Part shown: positions 36,791-48,918 of the stretch, in pieces
Layout of the letters: the number at the start of each line of letters is the position of its first letter
Numbering within the stretch: the first letter of the stretch is position 1
Made by a program: the position numbers and the translations under genes
Notes under the pieces: generated by a model
Told to the model about the DNA's origin: nothing
The model's input: only the letters and a program-made list of their open reading frames with translations
The model's database searches: none
Assembly: GCA_038087875.1 (NCBI GenBank)
Contig: CM075987.1
Location: forward strand, 22,756,001 to 22,820,000
Length of the DNA: 64,000 nt
Direction: 5' to 3'
Origin: Malacoraja senta
Lineage: Eukaryota

Positions 36791-38127
36791 ATGAAACAAA
36801 CTTGCGATTACTAAACACAAATCTACCCGAATCTTCATTCTTGACCCCTCTTTCCCTAATCCTCATGTCCCATTCTCCCTCTTCCCCAGACCCCTATATT
36901 CCCTATATTCGGAATTCCCTTTCCCTGCCTGTGCCTCTAGCGCCTTGTCTGAAGCAGCTGCTAACTAAGGTGGGGAAAATACAGAGAAGCTGAGGGAGTA
37001 CATTAAATGACCTCTCTGATTACTTCACCATCGCGCTGTCTCCAGATTTCAAAGCCCGGAGGCTCATTTTCACTCGAAACTCAACCACAAATCAATTGTG
37101 TTTAAAAAAAAACATTTTAATGCACGAAGCCAGGGATTTGAAACTTTGTCATGGGAAACGCTTGCAACGTGGCTTCCACCTGTCCCTTCCTGCCCGTTCT
37201 TGTCTAGTTTCAACCATCAATTTTCATCTGTTTGCTTCTATCTGCTCAACCCCACTCAAGCAGTTACTTAAGACCATGACCTTATGTATAAAAAAACTTC
37301 AGCATCTAATCAAATCCCAGTGGTGGACTGGTTTACTACTAGTAAATATTCACCTTTAATACAGTAAATTATTCTATAGCAATAATACAGCAATATCCAA
37401 GGCCCTTCCTGCCAATGCAAATCAATAATACTTGATACCCTGAGATTGTAAAGTGTGACCCTCAACTTGATCACTGAGGCAGATTGCAAAGTTCAACATA
37501 TCGAAAGGCGTAGGATGGGAATTCCAGACCATTGACTCAAAGCAGAGGCTTTCAAATGCCCCCCCCCCCCCCACCTGTATCCACCTATCACTTGCCAGGC
37601 TTTGTCCCACTCCCATCTCTGTTCCCGTTTTCTCTCCCCTACGACAATGAGTCTGAGGAAGTGTCCCGACCTGCAACGTCGCCTATCCGTGTGTAGGACG
37701 GAACTGCAGATGCTGGTTTAAACCGAAGATAGGCACAAAATGCTGGAGTACCTCAGCGGGGCAGGCAGCATCTCTGGAGAGAAGGAACGGGTGACGTTTC
37801 GGGTCGGGTCCGAAGAAGGGTCTCGACCCGAAACATCACCCATTCCTTCTCTCCAGGGATGCTGCCTGTCCCGCTGAGTTACTCCAGCAAGTGGTGCCTT
37901 TTTGTAAACCAGCATCTGCAGTTCTTCGTGGCTCTATCTGAGAGCAGAGTTGTCCCTGGTGGAAGAAGGAAAATCAGGAGAAGTACGAAAGAGGCGATTA
38001 GAAGGACTAATTGTGGGAACGTCGAGCAGACACACGACAAGGGCAGCGGTGTCTGTGGCAGCGCGAGAGGAAGCTGGAGCAAATATTTGAAGTGTAATCG
38101 GTCGTGACTGAGTGGTGCGCACACTTG

Positions 38128-38409
38128 GCCCTGATCCAACAGGTCACTCCAGAGTTTCCAGCCCATGATCCAACAGGTCACTCCAGAGTTTCCAGCCCCC
38201 TGATCCAACAGGTCACTCCAGAGTTTCCAGCCCCTGATCCAACTGGTCACTCCAGAGTTTCCAGCCCCCTGATCCAACAGGTCACTCCAGAGTTTCCAGC
38301 CCATGATCCAACAGGTCACTCCAGAGTTTCCAGCCCCTGATCCAACAGGTCACTCCAGAGTTTCCAGCCCCTGATCCAACAGGTCACTCCAGAGTTTCCA
38401 GCCCATGAT
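38128..38409 (+). repeat. 34-35 bp tandem repeat, 8 copies
   Basis: Unit tgatccaacaggtcactccagagtttccagccc(a/c/cc). Confidence 0.95.
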
Positions 38410-38505
38410 GCCGCTGACACGCGCAGCACACTGAATAATGAGTGCTGCTCTGTCACAAGTGCACGTGGGTGCCCACAGTGGCGCAGCGGAAGAGTTGCTG
38501 CATTA

Positions 38506-39097
38506 TGCCCCTGTCCCACTTAGGAAACATGAACGGAAACCTCTGGAGACTTTGCGGCCCACCCAAGGTTTCTGTGCGGTTCCCGGAGGTTTTTGTCAGT
38601 CTCCCTAATGGTCGAAAGTGGTTTCCGCTTCTTCTATGTTCCGGCGATTATTTCAAAGAATTCAAAACCGGCCGCGACTACAAATAGGTTGCCGTTTTAA
38701 AAATCGGTAATTTTTTAGTCGAAGACGGTTGTGATGCTAGTTGAAGGTGGTTGCCGGAGGTTGCAGGTAGTGGAAGGTAAGACCCTTTTTTATCACCCAG
38801 TTTTATTCCGCAGGGAGGTCTTACCTTCCACCACCTGCAACCTACTGCAACCACCTTCAACTAGCATCGCAACCGGCTTCAACTAAAAAATCACCAATTT
38901 TTAAAACGGCAACCTATTTTTAGTCGCGGCCGGTTTTGAATTTTTTAAAATAATCGCCGGAACATAGAAGAAGCGGAAACCACTTTCGACCATTAGGGAG
39001 ACTGACAAAAACCTCCGGGAACCGCACGGAAACCTTGGGTGGGGGCGCAAAGTCTCCAGAGGTTTCCGTTCAGGTTTCCTAAGTGGGACAGGGGGCA
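38506..39097. mobile_element. PIF/Harbinger-like foldback MITE
   Basis: Arms of ~270 bp (tgcccctgtcccac...gtgggacagggggca), ~30-bp spacer, TTA TSD (38503-38505 and 39098-39100). Confidence 0.88.
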
Positions 39098-41544
39098 TTA
39101 CAGCTCTTGCTGCGCCGGAGACCCGGGTTCGATCCTGACTACGGGGGCTGTCTGTACGGAGTTTGTACATTCACCCCGTGACCGCGTGGGTTTTCTCCGA
39201 GATCTTCGGAGACATACATATCTGTACGTACCTCCAAAGACATACAGGTATGTAGGTTAATTGATTCGGTGTTTGTAAATTGTCCCTAGCGTGTGTGTGT
39301 GTAGGATAGTGTTGATTGGTGTGCGGGGATGGCTGGTCGGTGCGGACTCGGTGGGCCGAAGGGCCTGTTTCCGCGCTGTATCTCTAAACTAAACTAAGTG
39401 TTAATTGTCAGACGAGACAGTGATCCCGGCCCCACCTGCGCTGGGGGAGGGAAAGAGGAGAAAAGATGAGCAATTTACAAGAGATATTATTTTACAAAAG
39501 GAGCAGGGGATTTGACCACCTGGAGTGTCAGCCAACGTTTACACACACCACTAAAAACAAATGATTAACCAGTCGTTACTGTTAGTGGGATCCTGCTCTG
39601 CATAAAGTGGCTGCCACGTTTCCACTGTTACATTTCATCATGTTCGGCAGGGACATTGTGGGCCGAAGGGCCTGTCCCTGTGCTGTACTCTCTCCTGGTC
39701 TGTTAGGGCAGCACAGTGATGCTGCGGGACAGTTGCTGCCTTACAGCCGGCTTCACCCGGCTTCAATCCTGACTGCGGGTGCTGTCTGTACGGAGACTGT
39801 ACGTTCTCCCTGTGACCACGTGGGTTTTCCTCCGGGCGCTCCGGTTTCCTCCCACACTCCAAAGACGTGCAGCTTTGTAGGATAAATCGGCTTCCGCAAA
39901 TTGTAAAATTGTCCCTGGTGCGTGTAGGATAGTGCACGTGTGTACGGCGTGATCGCTGGTGGGCGCGGACTCAGTGGGCCGAAGGGCCCGTTTCCGTGCC
40001 GTCCAGCAGCTGAGAGAGTAGTTGACTGCCTGCGGAGCGCCGGGGGATGCGTGGTGTCCACGTGCGGCGCTGGCTCGCCTGCGTTGTCGTGCGCCCAGCC
40101 GCGAGGGCGGTGACAGCCACTCCTGTCTCGGCGCCTGTCTGCGGCGTGAGCTGCCCGATGCCACTCGTGTGCGAGTGTGCTGTCAGCCCTCGTGCTGAAG
40201 TACGCAGCAGTGACGGAAGACCTGAGGTCTGGCACTTCACACAAGGCAGCCTGTGCACAGGTGACAGGACGGCGGGGGGGGGGAGGCAAGTCCGCGCCTG
40301 CTGCTGTGGGAGGCAGACAGCCCCAGGGACAGGCGCACAGGGGCAGGGTGGGACCGCCGAGTTGGAATACTTACTCATGAGTGTCCAACATGTCAGGGCT
40401 CAACCAGCCACACTCAAGCATAAACACGAAACCTCAACAAAACACACAGGGCTCATGTGAAAGTCACATTTTCACACGGTCGGAGCAACCTGCCCCAGAA
40501 AATCCCTGGCAGGCAGAGGTTTCTGACGAGCCTGTCAAACACCAGGGGAAAAGCAGAGTGCCAGAAAGTTGAGGGTGGAGCCCTTGCTCTGAACTCTCAC
40601 TCCTTGTACTCTAGACACAAGATACAACACATGCCACATTAGTCAGAGTTTCAGGCGCCCACTGGTTTACATTGGTCACCGTTGATCCCCAACACTTCTG
40701 TTCAGTTTCGTTTAGAGATGCAGCACGGAAACAGGCTCTTCGGCCCAGCGAGTCCAGGCCGACCAGCCATCCCCTAACACTAGGACACATGTTCCCGATG
40801 TTGGGGGAGTCCTGAACCAGGGGCCACAGTTTAAGAAGAATAATAATAATAGATTTTATTTTAAGGGCGCCTAATACCGAGGTCTCTAGGACACCTTACA
40901 ATTTAAGAAACATATAAACATATAAACATATAATCAGAGTAAAATAAGTTATAAAGACATCACCATTACATAAATTAAAAACAGAAATTTGATCCAAAAA
41001 AGACAACAACAACATTCAGAAAACACAGCATGAAGGGAGAGCAGCGGCCGTTTAGAACAGAGACGAGGAAAGACTTTTTCTCACAGAGAGTGGTGAGTCT
41101 GCGGAAATTCTCTGCCTCAGAGGGCGGTGGAGGCAGGTTCTCTGGATGCTTTCAAGAGAGAGCTAGATAGAGCTCTTAAAAAATAGCGGAGTCAAGGGAT
41201 ATGGGGAGAAGGCAGGAACGGGGTACTGATTGGGGATGATCAGCCATGATCACATTGAATGGCGGTGCTGGCTCGAAGGGCCGAATGGCCTACTCCTGCA
41301 CCTATTGTCTATTGTCTATTGACTATCCTACACACACTAGGGACAATTAACCTACAAACCTGTGCGCCTTTGCTGTGTAGGAGGAAACCGAAGATCTCGG
41401 AGAAAACCCACGCAGGTGACGGGGAGAACGTACAAACTCCGTACAGACAGCACCCGTAGTTGGGATCGAACCCGGGTCGCTGGCACTGTAAGCGCTGTAA
41501 GGCAGCAACTCTACCGCTGCGCCACCGTGCCGCCTGTAAACAGA

Positions 41545-41880
41545 GGATTCTCTGACTTGCGGGCATTCCCCATGGGCGTATCAGGAGACAGATATCACGC
41601 ATTGCTGGAAGACCGTCGGCCCAAGACTTGTCGGTCTCCCAGCACAGCCAGATGTCCCTCAGGGAATATTGTCCACTGGCCCGCTCCAGACTGCAGGAGT
41701 AGGTGCTGAGGGACGCACTGAAACTCGGTGCAGCCAATGCCAAGGCTCTGCGGGGGAGGTCCACAGACTAAGACCCTTCCTCCGCTAGACATTGAGGGCC
41801 AGGGTCCTGTGGGGAACAACCCACAAACAAATATCACAACAGTGGGCCGCATGAGTGTTGTGTTTCAAGTTAGGTGCGAA
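41545..41880 (+). mobile_element. Tx1-clade ORF2 C-terminal fragment
   Basis: ETDITHCWKT...CPLARSRLQE*VLRDALKLGAANAKALRGRST*. Confidence 0.7.
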
Positions 41881-42049
41881 CACTAACAAGCATGACACGT
41901 GTAGGAAGGAACTGCAGATGCTAGTTTAAACCCAAGATAGACACAAAATGCTGGAGTAACTCAGCGGGACAGGCAGCATCTCTGGGGAGAAGGAATGGGT
42001 GACGTTTCGGGTCGAGGCCCTTCTTCAGACAAGAAGGGTCTCGACCCAA

Positions 42050-43945
42050 TAGACAATAGACAATAGACAATAGGTGCAGGAGTAGGCCATTCGGCCCTTC
42101 GAGCCAGCACAGCCATTCAATGTGATCATGGCTGATCATCCCCAATCAGTACCCCGTTCCTGCCTTCTCCCCATATCCCCTGACTCTGCTATTTTTAAGA
42201 GCCCTATCTATCTCTCTCTTGAAAGCATCCAGAGAACCTGCCTCCACCGCGTAGAGAATTCCACAGACTCACCACTCTCTGTGAGAAAAACTGTTTCCTC
42301 GTCTCCGTTCTAAATGGCTTACTCCTTATTCTTAAACTGTGGCCCCTGGTTCTGGACTCCCCCAACAACGGGAACATGTTTCCTGCCTCTAGCGTGTCCA
42401 AGCCCTTAACAATCTTATATGTTTCAATGAGATTCCCTCTCATCCTTCTAAACTCCAGAGTGTACAAGCCCAGCTGCTCCATTCTCTCAGCATATGACAG
42501 TCCCGCCATCCCGGGAATTAACCTTGTAAACCTACGCTGCACTCCCTCAATAGCAAGAATGTCCTTCCTCAAATTAGGGGACCAAAACTGCACACAATAC
42601 TCCAGGTGTGGTCTCACTAGGGTTCTGTACAACTGCAGAAGGACCCAAAACGCCACCCATTCCTTCTCTCCAGAGATGATGCCTGTCCCGCTGAGTGACT
42701 CCAGCTTTTAGTGTCTCACTGAGCATGACACTATTGAATGCACGCAGGCAATAACAGATACCCAGGAGTGAGTTGCAGGCTACATTGAAATAAATGGCAC
42801 AGAGCTCATGGGTCATAGAAACATAGAAACATAGAAAATAGGTGCAGGAGTAGGCCATTCGGCCCTCCGAGCCTGCACCGCCATTCAATATGATCATGGC
42901 TGATCATGCAACTCAGTATCCTGTACCTGCCTTCTCTCCATACCCCCTGACCCCTTTAGCCACAAGGGCCACATCTTACTCCCTCTTAAATATAGCCAAT
43001 GAACTGGCCTCAACTACCTTCTGTGCAGAGAATTCCACAGATTCACCACTCTCTGTGTGAAAAAAGATTTTCTCATCTCGGTCCTAAAAGACTTCCCCCT
43101 TATCCTTAAACTGTGACCCCTTGTTCTGGACTTCCCCAACATCGGGAACAATCTTCCTGCATCTAGCCTGTCCAACCCCTTAAGAATTTTGTAAGTTTCC
43201 ATAAGATCCCCCCTCAATCTTCTAAATTATAGCGAGTACATAGAAACATAGAAACATAGAAATTAGGTGCAGGAGTAGGCCATTCGGCCCTTCGAGCCTG
43301 CACCGCCATTCAATATGATCATGGCTGATCATCCAACTCAGTATCCCGTACCTGCCTTCTCTCCATACCCTCTGATCCCTTTAGCCACAAGGGCCACATC
43401 TAGCTCCCTCTTAAATATAGCCAATGAACTGGCCTCGACTACCCTCTGTGGCAGAGAGTTCCAGAGATTCACCACTCTCTGTGTGAAAAAGTTCTTCTCA
43501 TCTCGGTTTTAAAGGATTTCCCCCTTATCCTTAAGCTGTGACCCCTTGTCCTGGACTTCCCCAACATCGGGAGCAATCTTCCTGCATCTAGCCTGTCCAA
43601 CCCCTTAAGAATTTTGTAAGTTTCTATAAGATCCCCTCTCAATCTCCTAAATTCTAGAGAGTATAAACCAAGTCTATCCAGTCTTTCTTCATAAGACAGT
43701 CCTGACATACCAGGAATCAGTCTGGTGAACCTTCTCTGTACTCCCTCTATGGCAAGAATGTCTTTCCTCAGATTAGGAGACCAAAACTGTACGCAATACT
43801 CCAGGTGTGGCCTCACCAAGACCCTGTACAACTGCAGTAGAACCTCCCTGCTCTTATACTCAAATCCTTTTGCTATGAATGCTAACATACCATTCGCTTT
43901 CTTCACTGCCTGCTGCACCTGCATGCCTACTTTCAATGACTGGTG
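42050..43945 (-). mobile_element. Three stacked CR1 3' fragments
   Basis: LLQLYRxLVRPHLEYCVQFWSP...RRFTRLIPGM...SLEFRRxRGDLIETYKI ORFs, with tails at ~42050, ~42815 and ~43240. Confidence 0.92.
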
Positions 43946-44239
43946 CAATCACCAGACCCTTGTCCTTCTGTCTGCTTCTGAGACAGGGACACCTCAAACC
44001 ACTGTGGAGATATCATCACCGCTGTGTCCACAAATCCACTGGCACGGAGAAGCAAACTAGCGTCAAATGTCCAATATAATTCAACCAGCTCCCACGGGCA
44101 AACCGCATCATTTCCATGTGGAGCTTTGTCGCGCTGAAAGACGATCACGTTTATCAGAGAAATTATTCAAGGATTATTGCCAAGGGCTTCTTGATAAAGT
44201 CAAACATCTCCACTTGCTGCTGCTCTTCCCACTCAAGGA

Positions 44240-44350
44240 GAAGGTAGACAAAAGTGCTGGAGAAACTCAGCGGGTGCGGCAGCACCCGGTGAGTTTCTCC
44301 AGCACTTTTGTCTACCTTCGATTTTCCAGCATCTGCCGTTCCTTCTTGAA
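44240..44350. mobile_element. Short hairpin PLE-derived insertion lacking the hammerhead centre
   Basis: Inverted arms. Duplication caaggagaaggta at 44234-44246 and 44351-44363. Confidence 0.75.
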
Positions 44351-44434
44351 CAAGGAGAAGGTATGTCTGGGCAATGATGTTGGGGACCTCATCCCCACCC
44401 CCTCTCCTCATTCACCCCCTCCCTCTTCACTGCT

Positions 44435-44895
44435 ATAGATATGTAAAAAGGAAGAGATGAGTGAAGACAAATGTAGGTCCCTTACAATCAGAGACAGGTG
44501 AATTTATAATGGGAAACGCGGAAATGACAGAACAGTTAAACAAGTACTTTGGTTCTGTCTTCACTAAGGAAGACACAAACAATCTCCCAGAAATACTAGG
44601 TGACCGAGGACCCATTGGGAGGGAAGAACTGAAGGGAATCCACATTAGTCAGGAAATGGTGTTAGGTAAACTGTTGGGACTGAAGGCAGATAAATCCCCA
44701 GGGCCTGATGGTCTGCATCCCAGAGTGCTCAAGGAGGTGGCCCTAGAAATCGTGGATGCATTGGTGATCATTTTCCAATGGTCTCTTGACTCTGGATCAG
44801 CTCCTGTGGACTGGAGGGTAGCCAATGTAACCCCACTTTTTAAGAAAGGAGGGGAGAGAGAAAACGGGGAATTATAGACCAGTTAGCCTTACAAT
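44435..44895 (+). mobile_element. CR1 ORF2 internal fragment
   Basis: LNKYFGSVFTKED...KSPGPDGLHPRVLKE...DWRVANVTPLFKKG. Confidence 0.92.
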
Positions 44896-44905
44896 CTGTA
44901 ATTGG

Positions 44906-45105
44906 NNNNNNNNNNNNNNNNNNNNNNNNNNNNNNNNNNNNNNNNNNNNNNNNNNNNNNNNNNNNNNNNNNNNNNNNNNNNNNNNNNNNNNNNNNNNNNN
45001 NNNNNNNNNNNNNNNNNNNNNNNNNNNNNNNNNNNNNNNNNNNNNNNNNNNNNNNNNNNNNNNNNNNNNNNNNNNNNNNNNNNNNNNNNNNNNNNNNNNN
45101 NNNNN
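44906..45105. other. Assembly gap (200 N)
   Basis: Run of N. Confidence 1.
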
Positions 45106-45144
45106 TCTCCACTTCCCCTCACTGTACTGATCGAACTGATGGCA

Positions 45145-45660
45145 ATTAGCATTTTAACTCCCCCCCCCCCCCCCATTCCCACACTGACCTTTCTGTCCTG
45201 GCCTCCTCCATTGTCAAAGTGAGGCCCAACTCAAATTGGAGGAACAGCATCTCATATTTCGCTTGGGCAGATTACAACCCAGCGCTATGAATATTGATTT
45301 CTCTAACTTCAAGTAACCATTGGTTTCCCTCTCTCTCCCTCTCCCTCCCCCACCCTAGTTCTCTGACTAGTTCTACTATCCTCCTGATTAAAGATTACTG
45401 ATTGTATGCCGAGTTGTCACCTTCCCTCAGCTAACAATGAACCATTCTACATTTCCTTTAACATCATCTGCTTTGATCTGTCATTTTCACGCGTTACCCT
45501 TCCATATCTCGACACTCCCTCTCCCCTGACTCTCAGTCTGAGGAAGGGTCTCAACCCGAAATGTCACCGTTCCTTCTCTCCAGAGATGCTGCCTGACCCG
45601 CTGAGTTACTCCAGCATTTTGCGTCTATGTTCGGTGTTAACCAGCATCTGCAGTTTCTCC
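45145..45660 (+). mobile_element. Penelope-like element 3' end: GIY-YIG C-terminus plus terminal repeat with hammerhead motif
   Basis: 45203-45316 translates LLHCQSEAQLKLEEQHLIFRLGRLQPSAMNIDFSNFK*, a typical PLE endonuclease end, preceded by frameshifted HFNS..HSHTDLSVL. Hammerhead-like ctgaggaagggtctcaacccgaaatgtc starts at 45538. Confidence 0.85.
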
Positions 45661-47193
45661 CTCCGCAACTTAGCGAGTGGGTGGCCGGGAGTGAGGTGCG
45701 ATTTGTCTCACTTCCTGCCAGGTTAGTGAGAGGAGGAACGACAAGCCTGAGACTGGGGCTCTGAATGCAGAGTTCGTGCAGAGACCCATTGCTTTGATGA
45801 GGGGCAGGAATTCTCTCAGACGATGCACACGTGATGAAAGCCTGGATTCTCTTCACATCGAACTGTTCATTGAGTATCTGCAGCTCCCTGATTCAGAATT
45901 ATGTTGATGGACAAGGTTGTTGGTTTTTGGTGACACAGTAGCTAGTAGAGTTGCTATCCCACAGCGCCAGAGACCCGGGCTCAATTCTGACCTCGGGTGC
46001 TGCCTGGGTGGAGTTTGCACGTTCCCCTGTGACCGCATGGGATTTCACCGGCTGCTCAAATTCTCCTCACATCCCAAAGACGTGCGGGTTGGTAGGTTAA
46101 TTGGCCTGGATAACATTGCCCCAAGTGGAGGGTGGTTGAGAAAGTGGGATAACATAGAACGAGTATGAATGGGTGATTGAAGGTGGACACCAAGTTCTGG
46201 AGTAACTCAGCGGGACTGGCAGCATCTCTGGAGAGAAGATAGATTGATGATGGATGTGGACTCAGTGGGCCGAAGAGCCTCTTTCCATGCCTTATCTCTA
46301 AACTAAACCAAGTGGGCCCACCTTGCCTCTTTCTATGCCCTGGGCTTCCTGCATTATGATCAGTTTCTGTATTATATGTAACTATGTTTGTGGGTTTGTA
46401 GGAATAAACCTTCACAGTGAACTGCAACCCTCGACCTCTTGGTTAATGGGACAAATTGCTAATCCACAAGATGGGGATTACTTCTATCTGGGCATTGGGA
46501 GGATTACTGGGCCGACGCAATCCTGATTCCAGCCTGGTATTTCCCGGCAGGTGGCCTGTCCTCTCCTTGGGAGTGAAGGGCGGCTCAGCTGGGAGGAGGG
46601 AAGATCAAGTGTCGGGTGGAGGCAGCTGCAAACGCTGGAGACCCAAGATCAGCCCGTGGCCCAACTAGCTGACCAATATAAAAAGCACCAGGGCTGCCTT
46701 TCAGCAGCACATTCCACAACCCCTGGCAGCCCCAAGGAGGGGTTACTACCAATGAAGTGTGAAGTGTTATCACTGTTGTGGTGTAGGAAACATAACAGAG
46801 CGTTTACACACAGACATCCACAGACACCAATGCCACTTAGAGATGATGATTAACAATTATCACGGAGAAATCCCCAGCTGCTCTTCAAAAACACAGTGGT
46901 GGGATTTTAACCAGAGGGCTGATAGGATCATAGATTAATAAGTGCAGCGCTCCCTCAGTACCAAAGATGCCTCTCTGACAGTGCGGCACTCCCTCAGAAC
47001 TGAGAATTTAGCAGATCCCAGATTGTCATAACTGCCTTATTTTCACAGACATAAAGCCTCATATTGTCTACGGTGGGATTCCTTTTCCAAGACATTATTC
47101 CAGTTTATAGAGTCACGACACTTTACTTAAATAAACTAAAAACATCTATAATTTAAAAAAAGAGTCTGGTTGTGGAAGATGAAATCCGTTCCG

Positions 47194-48918
47194 CAGTGAG
47201 GATCAGTGTGTGCGTGAGACCCGGACCCCAGTGAGGATCAGTGTGTGCGTGGGACCCGGACCCCAGTGAGGGTCAGTGTGTGTGTGGGACCCGGACCCCA
47301 GTGAGGGTCAGTGTGTGCGTGAGACCCGGACCCCAGTGAGGGTCAGTGTGTGTGTGGGACCCGGACCCCAGTGTGTATGGGACCCATGCCCCAGTGAGGG
47401 TCAGTGTGTGTGTGAGATCCGGACCCCAGTGAGGGTCAGTGTTGTGTGGGACCCGGACCCCAGTGTGTATGGGACCCATGCCCCAGTGAGGGTCAGTGTG
47501 TGTGTGAGATCCGGACCCCAGTGAGGGTCAGTGTGTGCGTGGGACTCGGACCCCAGTGAGGGTCAGTGTGTGTATGGGACCCATGCCCCAGTGAGGATCA
47601 GTGTGTGCGTGAGACCCGGACCCCAGTGAGGGTCAGTGTGTGTGTGAGACCCGGACCCCAGTGAGGGTCAGTGTGTGTGGGACCCGGACCCCAGTGAGGG
47701 TCAGTGTGTGCGTGAGACCCGGACCCCAGTGAGGGTCAGTGTGTGTGTGGGACCCGGACCCCAGTGAGGGTCAGTGTGTGCGTGAGACCCGGACCCCAGT
47801 GAGGGTCAGTGTGTGTGTGGGACCCGGACCCCAGTGTGTATGGGACCCATGCCCCAGTGAGGGTCAGTGTGTGTGTGGGACCCGGACCCCAGTGTTTATA
47901 GGACCCATGCCCCAGTGAGGGTTCAGTGTGTGTGTGGGACCCGGACCCCAGTGAGGGTCAGTGTGTGTGTGGGACCCGGACCCCAGTGTGTGTGGGACCC
48001 ATTGCCCCAGTGAGGGTCAGTGTGTGTGTGGGGCCCGGACCCCAGTGTGTATGGGACCCATGCCCCAGTGAGGGTCAGTGTGTGTGTGGGGACCCATGCC
48101 CCAGTGAGGGTCAGTGTGTGCGTGGGACCCGGACCCCAGTGACGGTCAGTGTGTGTGTGGGACCCGGACCCCAGTGTGTGTGGGACCCGGACCCCAGTGA
48201 GGGTCAGTGTGTGTGTGGGACCCGGACCCCAGTGTGTGTGGGACCCATGCCCCAGTGAGGGTCAGTGTGTGTGTGGGGCCCGGACCCCAGTGTGTATGGG
48301 ACCCATGCCCCAGTGAGGGTCAGTGTGTGCGTGGGACCCGGACCCCAGTGACGGTCAGTGTGTGTGGGGACCCGGACCCCAGTGTGGGACCCATGCCCCA
48401 GTGAGGGTCAGTGTGTGTGTGGGGCCCGGACCCCAGTGTGTATGGGACCCATGCCCCAGTGAGGGTCAGTGTGTGTGTGGGACCCATGCCCCAGTGAGGG
48501 TCAGTGTGTGCGTGGGACCCGGACCCCAGTGACGGTCAGTGTGTGTGTGGGACCCGGACCCCAGTGAGGGTCAGTGTGTGTGTGGGACCCGGACCCCAGT
48601 GTGTGTGGGACCCATGCCCCAGTGAGGGTCAGTGTGTGTGTGGGGCCCGGACCCCAGTGTGTATGGGACCCATGCCCCAGTGAGGGTCAGTGTGTGCGTG
48701 GGACCCGGACCCCAGTGACGGTCAGTGTGTGTGTGGGACCCGGACCCCAGTGTGTGTGGGACCCGGACCCCAGTGACGGTCAGTGTGTGTGTGGGACCCG
48801 GACCCCAGTGTGTGTGGGACCCATGCCCCAGTGAGGGTCAGTGTGTGTGTGAGACCCGGACCCCAGTGAGGGTCAGTGTGTGTATGGGACCCATGCCCCA
48901 GTGAGGGTCAGTGTGTGT
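47194..48918 (+). repeat. Same minisatellite family, ggacccggacc/ggacccatgcc variants
   Basis: Tandem units with long/short alternation. Confidence 0.97.
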
